Virus record (IMG/VR): IMGVR_UViG_3300045988_005517
Location: 1 to 28,277 of that record
Direction: 5' to 3' (one strand)
From: a virus
Length of the DNA stretch: 28,277 nt
Part shown: one piece after another, positions 22,801 to 28,277 of the stretch
Layout of the letters: each line of letters begins with the position of its first letter
Numbering within the stretch: the first letter of the stretch is position 1
The notes under the pieces: generated by a model
Told to the model about the DNA's origin: nothing
Databases searched by the model: none
What the model saw: only the letters and a program-made list of their open reading frames with translations
Translations under genes and position numbers: made by a program

Positions 22801-24876
22801 GCGGCTAATAGTACCGCAATCACTCAGACTGATAACAAAATCAGTTTGAAAGCAGACCGGACAGAAGTTCAAACGGCCAAAGCTACGGCTGACAGTGCCG
22901 TGTCTAAAGGCCAAGAATTAGAGCGTAAAATCAACCAGACTAACGCAGAATTACGTGTTACAGCCGATTCTATCGCCCAAAAGGTTTCAAGAGTTGATTT
23001 TGACAATCTTGGAAATAAAGTCACAAACGCTGAAACGCAAATCAGCACGTTGGCTGGCAAGATTGAAACTAAAATCTCTAGGGTTGACCTAGACAGTGCT
23101 ATTGATAGCAAAGGCCTTTTGAAAGAGTCGGACGTCAACAGATTGGTCGATAACAAAGGCTTTGCGACGGCTACGGCTGTAACAAACCTTATCCAACAGT
23201 CTGAGCGAGGGACAACGCAGCTTATTAGCGAGGTCAAAAAGCAGATTCCGTCAATTGACACGCTTTCTGTTGGTGGTGAGAACTTGATCCGTAACTCAGC
23301 ATTTCCGGATAACTTGGACGGTTGGGGATATTGGGAAGCACCACAACCTAACTCGAATTTATCTGTGTCAAGTCATTCACTCTATTACAACGGTTCTAAG
23401 CCGTTGTTTTTGCTTTCAACAACAACAACAACAACAACAACGCCTAGCGCTACGATGAGATTTCCAGTGAAACGAAATACCAACTATTCTCTTAACGTTT
23501 CAATCTTGGCAGGCGGTAATCTAAAAGGAATGGATATCTATTTCCTTGGTCGTAATTCAAACGAAACTAAAACTTTTAGCAAAGTAGTTAACATCAAGCA
23601 TTTCGACGGTCCGCCATCCACAAGCGGTGTTAAGAAATTTCACTTCACTTTTAACTCCGGCGAATGTGATGAAGGCTTTATCCGTATTGATAATACTGGC
23701 ACAACCAACGGCAGTCAGTCTATGTTATTCTTCACCGAACTGGACTGCTACGAGGGTACTATGGACCGTTCTTGGCAACCGTCGCCAAAAGACGCAAGCC
23801 AAGAAGTGACAGTTAAATTCAATGAAATCAAGTCTACCGTTGACGGTTTCAGCCGGACAATCGGTGAACACGGCAAGTCTATTTCGCAAATTATCCAAGA
23901 GGCACAAGGTACAGTTTGGAAAGTCGAGAACCTAGAGGATAAGTGGGCGTTTAATCTTGGTGTAACTAACAAGCAACTAGACAAGCTAGATACTGGCCTT
24001 GAAGCTACCAGGTCCGAAATGTCCCAGATTGCTGGTTCATGGGCAGTCAAGAATTTGACAAGGTCTGGTGATGTGCTTAACCAAATTAATCTCAACAAAG
24101 ACGGTTCGGTTAAAATCGACGGTAAATTGGTTCAAATCACTGGCTCTACCTACATCGAAGATGGTGTTATCAGCTCAGCTAAAATCAGAGAATTGTCAGC
24201 AAGTAAAATCACTAGCGGACGCTTAAACGCTTCACTAATCGATGTCGTTAACCTAAACGCCGAGAGTGTCACTAGCGGTACGTTTACTGGTTTGAATTAT
24301 CGAGGCGGACGGATTGAATCGTTAAACGGTTCAATGTTTTTCGATTTGAATAGCAACTATCTTCAAATGGGAGCAGATACCGCTTCAATCAGACGTGTTC
24401 AGCCCGGATATCCTGCGCAGTTTATCCGATACGAGACAAGCATCGACCAAGGCAACTATCGTTCCAAAACTATTATCGGTTCTAACCGAGAAGGGACGGA
24501 CGCTTACAATGCTACGACGTTTTCTGGTGTTGTGATCCAAAACAACACTAACAACGATATCGATACATTGCATCTCTATGGTGATAGAACATACTTTAGA
24601 CATACGTTTACTAACGATGGATGGGATTTAGATGCTGTAACGCAACGACTTCGTCCGGGCATGATGGAAAAAGACTCACAGATTTGGTCAGTGCAGTTTG
24701 CAACACCAAAAAACGGTAAGGATTTTAGTACCGGGGCTATCAACATTACCGAATCGCTCGCTGCGGTTTGGCGGATGTTCAAGCACTTCGAAGGGAATAT
24801 CAAAATGCCAAACGAGCTTAAAACACTCATTCAGCATGGTTACAATAACTACGGCATCCACATGCCAGTGTTGTAA
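19828..24876 (+). CDS. tail-associated (Tal) / host-recognition protein with prophage-tail N-terminal domain, two coiled-coil repeat arrays and two CBM-like modules
   Basis: 1682 aa. The N-terminal ~380 aa resemble the phage minor structural/prophage endopeptidase tail domain (MIYLFDKDEKLI...). The middle section is described under the findings. The distal region has the fibre-like motif SSAKIRELSASKITSGRLNASLIDVVNLNAESVTSGTFTG. Confidence 0.85.
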   Translation: MIYLFDKDEKLIKIVRKPAIKKALQKFSLTTENYVSDRLTVEMKALKDDELAKLEYMAIQSIDDTHKFHYFYIAQGNTKGDITTLVGVQSGIEELRKTVVYDKRPTDQRARPVIEWLLAGTNWSPRFIAETNPKSTNFYYISTFDALKKVCKVWGLEMQFFVEMNGSQIGARYIDFKRKIGEAVGKRVVYGHNALEILQEVEKTNLYTALVGRGKGEQVSSAEDTGKDADGYGRKINFEEVVWSKAKGDPLDKPLGQKYLEIPEMTAKYGIKQPDGKMRPKIGFVEFSEEEDKNELIKQTYDALIESSRPKLTLKTSTVYLKGVQIGDTIRVVRHDRHLDYDTRIFEITFNRLNNESSDIKLGDRVSESNDAKVQSTVNKALDEFKAGEFTEFVKKLPEFIPSANGFNHNWYTSTDPTESHPGQVLINDSWYKPDPEHEGHTIMYRWTGKMWQEVLRTWDGTGLQDKIKKEFEKVAADMAKQQSEHDRVVAEITAKATNAETLASSAKSTAEDAFSRLNDVKSEAITEARYLDTVERAETEKKIAASKKDALSEAVKLVDNAKSTLNTDLSETEKRVEALKGSIGTLSNDTSVQFAKINNALISVASKQDVDKVSQRVSNAETVLTQQAGQISAKASKEEVNAVSGRLNKAESSLTVQAGQISQKANKQDVDTLTGRVNRAETSITQQADMIASKANKQELDNVNNRLLNAESRITQQANEISQRVKTSDFNNATQRLATTESSITQLGNKITTEISRVDSKIPTDFGSRNLILKSADFENLHRQPGGGRNTTTTTDGQAFLIKSHSYSSDVYGGISWNMAIPEIKAGETFSLLVPVYIDSGVDIDRGAMIIIKNHKNNDNLVAYNIPTDLKNEWFDVKLIFTAGKDIALGEWPFYITVFKNGYLKIKPPMLVRGTLIPLQHTVAPEDTEAEISTVKTTITQTEQGVSQLSQKQSETDSRITNAETTVNQLVGEVSSKVSKTDFDKLSKSVAANSTAITQTDNKISLKADRTEVQTAKATADSAVSKGQELERKINQTNAELRVTADSIAQKVSRVDFDNLGNKVTNAETQISTLAGKIETKISRVDLDSAIDSKGLLKESDVNRLVDNKGFATATAVTNLIQQSERGTTQLISEVKKQIPSIDTLSVGGENLIRNSAFPDNLDGWGYWEAPQPNSNLSVSSHSLYYNGSKPLFLLSTTTTTTTTPSATMRFPVKRNTNYSLNVSILAGGNLKGMDIYFLGRNSNETKTFSKVVNIKHFDGPPSTSGVKKFHFTFNSGECDEGFIRIDNTGTTNGSQSMLFFTELDCYEGTMDRSWQPSPKDASQEVTVKFNEIKSTVDGFSRTIGEHGKSISQIIQEAQGTVWKVENLEDKWAFNLGVTNKQLDKLDTGLEATRSEMSQIAGSWAVKNLTRSGDVLNQINLNKDGSVKIDGKLVQITGSTYIEDGVISSAKIRELSASKITSGRLNASLIDVVNLNAESVTSGTFTGLNYRGGRIESLNGSMFFDLNSNYLQMGADTASIRRVQPGYPAQFIRYETSIDQGNYRSKTIIGSNREGTDAYNATTFSGVVIQNNTNNDIDTLHLYGDRTYFRHTFTNDGWDLDAVTQRLRPGMMEKDSQIWSVQFATPKNGKDFSTGAINITESLAAVWRMFKHFEGNIKMPNELKTLIQHGYNNYGIHMPVL
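21658..22107 (+). repeat. five tandem 90-nt (30-aa) in-frame repeats inside the Tal gene
   Basis: Repeat units start at 21658, 21748, 21838, 21928 and 22018. Peptide consensus: VD.V..R...AE..ITQQA..IS.KA.K.E. Confidence 0.9.
23419..23442 (+). repeat. (ACA)7ACG trinucleotide microsatellite encoding Thr8
   Basis: Read directly from the sequence: caacaacaacaacaacaacaacg, in frame within the Tal gene. A shorter (ACT)4ACG Thr5 tract lies at 22201-22215. Confidence 0.95.
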
Positions 24877-24887
24877 AAGGAGATTTT

Positions 24888-25115
24888 ATGAACGAACAAA
24901 TTTACACATCAATGATTCAAGATATCGCAAGCCAGAACGCTAATTTGACGATTGAAAAAGCTGAGTTTAAAGCTCGCTTGCAGGCAACAGTTAGCGAACT
25001 GGAGCAGGTCAAATCACAACTAGAACATTATCAAAATGTACTAGCGTCTGATTCAGACCTTAACGACCTCTTTAACGAGGTAGCACAGAAAGGAGTGGAT
25101 AATGAACAAATCTAA
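24888..25115 (+). CDS. hypothetical small coiled-coil protein
   Basis: 75 aa, SD AAAGGAG. Lies between the Tal gene and the lysis genes. Confidence 0.6.
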   Translation: MNEQIYTSMIQDIASQNANLTIEKAEFKARLQATVSELEQVKSQLEHYQNVLASDSDLNDLFNEVAQKGVDNEQI

Positions 25116-25701
25116 TTTCAGTGTCACATCAAGCTATCTGACCAACCCGACAACTACGAGGATTGCTATCCAGTCCAAAGATGGCTCGACGTGGTTGACC
25201 CGTGATGTGCCGGGCGACCACACCAACAAGACGGATGAAGCTAAAATCCAGCTTATCTTGGATATCTTAGCGACTGAGTTGGACCCTGCTGGAGCATTGG
25301 CACGCTACCAAGCCAAGTCAGAGGAATCTATTAAAGACCTTGACAGCCGCTTGAATTTAGCTGAGAAAGTCGCTGAACAAGGCGAACTTACTCGTAAAAT
25401 CGCTAACGTGTCCATTCTCAATGCGGTAATGAGCCAGAATATCCAGTATGGCACAATCTACAAGCAATACTTGGAATTGTTGCCAGTCGCTAAAAAAGGC
25501 GGTGTGTTCAACGCCGGGGATATCTTCGCTATCGAAGCCCCGGACCACGAAGAAGTGGACGGAGAAGGCAAACTGGTGCTTATCCAAGTTAACGGCTCTT
25601 TCACTTACGATAATCAACCGTTCGCTGATTTTGCAAAAGGGGGCAAACTAGAAAATAACGGGGTTGCTACAGCATGGCTATTCAAACCGAAGGGGGCGTA
25701 A
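25102..25701 (+). CDS. hypothetical protein (pre-holin position common in streptococcal phages)
   Basis: 199 aa. AGGAG lies 6 nt upstream of the ATG. No motif recognised with confidence. Confidence 0.65.
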   Translation: MNKSNFSVTSSYLTNPTTTRIAIQSKDGSTWLTRDVPGDHTNKTDEAKIQLILDILATELDPAGALARYQAKSEESIKDLDSRLNLAEKVAEQGELTRKIANVSILNAVMSQNIQYGTIYKQYLELLPVAKKGGVFNAGDIFAIEAPDHEEVDGEGKLVLIQVNGSFTYDNQPFADFAKGGKLENNGVATAWLFKPKGA

Positions 25702-26135
25702 TGGTACAAAAACCAGACGGCATTTTTGGGGTTTTCGACGTGGTCAGAGACTTCTACGCACACGGTATTGATGAGCATTTATGGGTGTTCCTGCTGATGA
25801 TTATTATTTTCAGCGATATCGTTATCGGAGTGTCTAGGGCTTGGGCTGCTCATGAGTTTTCAAGCTCAAAATTTCGTAAAGGGCTAGTCAGTCATACTGC
25901 CATGATTACGTTTGTAGCCATCTTCTATCCGTTCGCAGTATTCATGAATCTGGGCGGTGTACTAGATACATTTATCTTTGCTATGATTGCCGCTTACGGC
26001 TCTAGTATTTTGGCTAGTCTATCAGCTTTAGGGGTTGAAATCCCTTATATCGACAAATATGTTAAGAGAAACATCGACAAAGAGAAGTTTTTTCTTAACT
26101 CGGAAGAAACAAAGGAGAATAATGACAATGATTAA
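25701..26135 (+). CDS. holin, multi-TM (Phage_holin_4_1-like)
   Basis: The track ORF is trimmed to ATG 25701 (GAAGGGGG SD, TAATG overlap with the upstream stop). Three hydrophobic segments and a charged C-terminal tail. DIVIGVSRAW..SSSKFRKGL resembles that holin family. Confidence 0.72.
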   Translation: MVQKPDGIFGVFDVVRDFYAHGIDEHLWVFLLMIIIFSDIVIGVSRAWAAHEFSSSKFRKGLVSHTAMITFVAIFYPFAVFMNLGGVLDTFIFAMIAAYGSSILASLSALGVEIPYIDKYVKRNIDKEKFFLNSEETKENNDND

Positions 26136-26358
26136 TTTTAAACTTCGCTTACAAAACAAAGCTACTTTGGTAGCTCTTATCTCAGCAGTTTTCTTGATGT
26201 TGCAACAGTTCGGGCTTGAAATCTCGCACAATATCCAAGAGGGTGTTAATACATTCGTTGTGATTTTGGTAATCTTGGGTATCGTAACTGACCCAACAAC
26301 TAAGGGTGTGGCAGACAGTGAACGTGCATTAAACTATAACCAACCTCGTGAGGACTAG
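26122..26358 (+). CDS. holin, phi LC3 / Phage_holin_1 family
   Basis: The track ORF is trimmed to ATG 26122 (or 26128), after AAGGAG at 26112-26117. MTMINFKLRLQNKATLVALISAVFLMLQQFG...GIVTDPTTKGVADSERALNYNQP matches the family signature (K.RL.NK...VA..SA...GI..DPTT.G..DS..AL.Y..P). Confidence 0.85.
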   Translation: MTMINFKLRLQNKATLVALISAVFLMLQQFGLEISHNIQEGVNTFVVILVILGIVTDPTTKGVADSERALNYNQPRED

Positions 26359-26361
26359 CTT

Positions 26362-26814
26362 ATGGCTAAACTCATGACCTCTATCAACCAGATTGAAGGG
26401 GGTGACATTCTCAAGAGTGGGGATGTTACTTCCTTGTTTGGTTTTGAAATCTTAGGGGCTGATGGCAAGCGTATGGAGCTATCCGGCACGGGTAAGCTCA
26501 CACTGTCTAATGATGAAACCGTGGCACTCTACCAAGATGTAACCGTTGAGAACGGACATTTTACATTCGTCATGGGGGATGTCGTAGAGCCCGGAACATA
26601 CTACCTCGAAATTAAACTGAACGGACATATTTTCCCGTCTAATAATTTCAAGGTCAAAGTGAAGAACTCACTGAATGCAGATAGTGCTATCCCATCGGAC
26701 AAGAGCCCTAAATTAAAACTACTAGCGGATGAATTGCGAGAGTCCGGAATGATTACTGGTGGCAGTGATATCACGGAAGACCTCGTAAATGTCTATAACC
26801 TAGCTAAAATTTGA
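26362..26814 (+). CDS. hypothetical beta-rich protein, shares its C-terminal motif with the next ORF
   Basis: 150 aa. C-terminus ITEDLVNVYNLAKI. The central region looks like an Ig/beta-sandwich domain (GTYYLEIKLNGHIFPSNNFKVKVKN). Confidence 0.65.
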   Translation: MAKLMTSINQIEGGDILKSGDVTSLFGFEILGADGKRMELSGTGKLTLSNDETVALYQDVTVENGHFTFVMGDVVEPGTYYLEIKLNGHIFPSNNFKVKVKNSLNADSAIPSDKSPKLKLLADELRESGMITGGSDITEDLVNVYNLAKI

Positions 26815-26827
26815 AAGGAAAACATAA

Positions 26828-27154
26828 ATGAGTAAATTACACGATTTCGCACAAGCTGTCGGAGCAGATATCAAAGAAATTAAAACAACCCTAGCAGGCA
26901 AGGCTGACAAGGGTTCGGAAGGTATTACCGAAGAACGCTTGACGCAAGCAATCACGCAAGCTAAAACTGACCTTATTGGTGGAGCTCCTGAAGAGCTTGA
27001 TACTCTTAAAGAACTTGCTGATAAAATCGCCGTTGGTGGTGGTAATGTTGATTCTGGTATTATTTCGAAAATGACCGAGCTTGGCACTCGTATTGATACC
27101 ATCGAGCAAGAAGATCTTGTGAGCGTCTACAATACTGCGAAGAACACCCTCTAA
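26828..27154 (+). CDS. hypothetical protein with tail-fibre-like GAPEELDTLKELA motif
   Basis: 108 aa. N-terminus MSKLHDFAQAVGADIKEIK is related to the next ORF. C-terminus EQEDLVSVYNTAKNTL is related to the previous ORF. Confidence 0.65.
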   Translation: MSKLHDFAQAVGADIKEIKTTLAGKADKGSEGITEERLTQAITQAKTDLIGGAPEELDTLKELADKIAVGGGNVDSGIISKMTELGTRIDTIEQEDLVSVYNTAKNTL

Positions 27155-27166
27155 GGAGGTTGATTT

Positions 27167-27439
27167 ATGAGCAATTTAAGCAATGTTATTGAAAGCATTG
27201 GTCGTGATATTGGCGAGATTAAAGGTAAACAATCTTCATCATTGTCTGTCAGCCAAGCATATGGGTTATTCCCAACGTACAATAACTTTTTTCTACAGGT
27301 TCTAGAGCAAAATAGATTTGCGGCAGACCCACTTGTAACAAAATCTCAATTACCTACAAACGAAATTGACACTTTAAAACAGAAGGTCGAAGAGTTGGAG
27401 AGAACTATCTCGGAGATTAAACAATCTATTCAAAAATAA
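27167..27439 (+). CDS. hypothetical protein with C-terminal coiled coil
   Basis: 90 aa, strong SD (AAGGAGG). N-terminus MSNLSNVIESIGRDIGEIK. C-terminus IDTLKQKVEELERTISEIKQSIQK. Confidence 0.6.
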   Translation: MSNLSNVIESIGRDIGEIKGKQSSSLSVSQAYGLFPTYNNFFLQVLEQNRFAADPLVTKSQLPTNEIDTLKQKVEELERTISEIKQSIQK

Positions 27440-27535
27440 GTACAGACGGGGCTTGTTTCGGACATATCAACTATTTAGCTACTAACCCAACCGTTCCGAC
27501 TGGTTGGACAAAATTAAATTAAGGAGGCCTACTAT

Positions 27536-28277
27536 ATGGCAACAGATAATGACATCATTCTATTCGCAGAAAATCTAGCTGACGCCGGTGTCGGTACCGA
27601 TGCAGATGGATCATGGGGGACACAATGCGTTGACCTGCCTAACTCTATCTCAATTAACTTCTTTGGCCGTGCTCTTTGGGGTAACGCCATCGACTTGCTA
27701 AACTCAGCGGCAGCAGCAGGCTATGAAGTGGAATACAACCAAGAAGGCAACCTTGATAGCCGTCCACGCCGTGGGGCTGTATTTGTCATGGATACTACTT
27801 ACATCTATGGCCACTCTTACGGGCACACTGGTCTGGTTATCGAAGATTCAGACGGCTACACTATGCGAACTATCGAGCAGAATATTGACGGCAACGCTGA
27901 TAGCCTTTATATTGGCGGTCCTGCTCGTTACAATACACGTAATTTTGACGGCATTGTAGGTTGGTTCTATTTCCCAACGGATAACCAATCACAAGCCCCT
28001 GCACCAACTCCGACCCCGTTTGATGGTATAATTACTATTAACGAGGAAACCGGGACATTCACGGTTGAAGTCTCAGCTCTTAATGTTCGAGCTGGTGCCG
28101 GGCTAGGTGCTGAAATCGTGGCAGTCTATGGAGCCGGTGAAACTATCAACTATGACGGCTGGTGCGACGTTGACGGCTATATCTGGATTAGCTACATTGG
28201 CGGGGCTGGGAAACGCCGCTTTGTCGCAGTCGGGCAATCAGAGAAAGGGCGCCGGATCACATCATTCGGATCATTCG
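27536..28277 (+). CDS. endolysin, N-terminal CHAP peptidase + C-terminal SH3b cell-wall-binding domain (3' end truncated by the window)
   Basis: Not in the ORF track because there is no stop codon within the window. AAGGAGG lies 8 nt upstream of ATG 27536. Hand translation: MATDNDIILFAENLADAGVGTDADGSWGTQCVDL (catalytic Cys) ... YGHTGLVIED (His) ... linker APAPTPTP ... VSALNVRAGAGLGAEIVAVYGAGETINYDGWCDVDGYIWISYIGGAGKRRFVAVG (SH3b). The architecture resembles streptococcal CHAP-SH3b lysins such as PlySs2 (from memory). Confidence 0.9.
   Translation, partial: MATDNDIILFAENLADAGVGTDADGSWGTQCVDLPNSISINFFGRALWGNAIDLLNSAAAAGYEVEYNQEGNLDSRPRRGAVFVMDTTYIYGHSYGHTGLVIEDSDGYTMRTIEQNIDGNADSLYIGGPARYNTRNFDGIVGWFYFPTDNQSQAPAPTPTPFDGIITINEETGTFTVEVSALNVRAGAGLGAEIVAVYGAGETINYDGWCDVDGYIWISYIGGAGKRRFVAVGQSEKGRRITSFGSF

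Noticed and set aside
23419-23442. The (ACA)7 microsatellite as an on/off phase-variation switch for the tail tip protein
   Set aside because: The unit length is 3 nt and the tract is in frame. Slippage would only change the number of Thr residues and would not shift the reading frame. It is kept only as a possible length polymorphism.
27723-27959. 78-aa track ORF predicted to be a multi-TM protein near the window end
   Set aside because: It lies off-frame inside the CHAP-SH3b endolysin gene (27536 to the window end), which has a strong SD and clear catalytic motifs.
1-28277. Searched for a lysogeny module (integrase, repressor, attP), toxin/virulence cargo, transposases and group I introns in the lysin or terL genes
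   Set aside because: No tyrosine- or serine-recombinase motifs, transposase DDE motifs or intron-like interruptions were seen. terL and the visible part of the endolysin gene read through without breaks. The lysogeny module, if any, lies outside this window.

Overview
This 28.3-kb window is a continuous, gene-dense stretch of a tailed phage or prophage, with every convincing gene on the + strand. It is a siphovirus type from a low-GC Gram-positive host. The protein motifs look Streptococcus-like, but host assignment is inference; no database search was possible.

Gene order:
- Recombination module: ERF-type annealase, DUF1351-like protein, SSB, RusA.
- A run of tiny accessory ORFs, several below the 60-aa cutoff of the ORF track.
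- A MazG-like pyrophosphohydrolase whose reading frame is broken.
- An orphan C5 cytosine methyltransferase, a small membrane-anchored protein, and a protein built from two copies of one ~90-aa module.
- A ~0.7-kb gene-free, highly structured island (6081-6792).
- An ArpU-type late regulator and the late control region.
- Packaging and head genes: TerS and TerL (PBSX-type, headful), an SPP1-like portal, a gp7-like minor head protein, scaffold and major capsid.
- Connector proteins, major tail protein, G/GT tail chaperone pair with a candidate -1 frameshift, tape measure and Dit.
- A 1682-aa Tal/host-recognition protein.
- Lysis region: two holins, three small related ORFs, and a CHAP+SH3b endolysin that runs off the 3' end.

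No integrase, transposase, rRNA, canonical tRNA or CRISPR array was seen.

The most unusual signal is in the gene-free island. It holds two ~42-nt tRNA-like acceptor/T-arm minihelices whose outer stems covary, embedded in degenerate repeats that are enriched for ACTGG/CCAGT boxes.

Other points worth checking:
- the frame-broken MazG gene;
- the tiny-ORF cluster containing an HTH protein;
- the three mosaic ORFs wedged between the holins and the endolysin;
- the duplicated coiled-coil plus CBM-like architecture of the tail tip protein.

All family names come from motif recognition by eye and carry that uncertainty.
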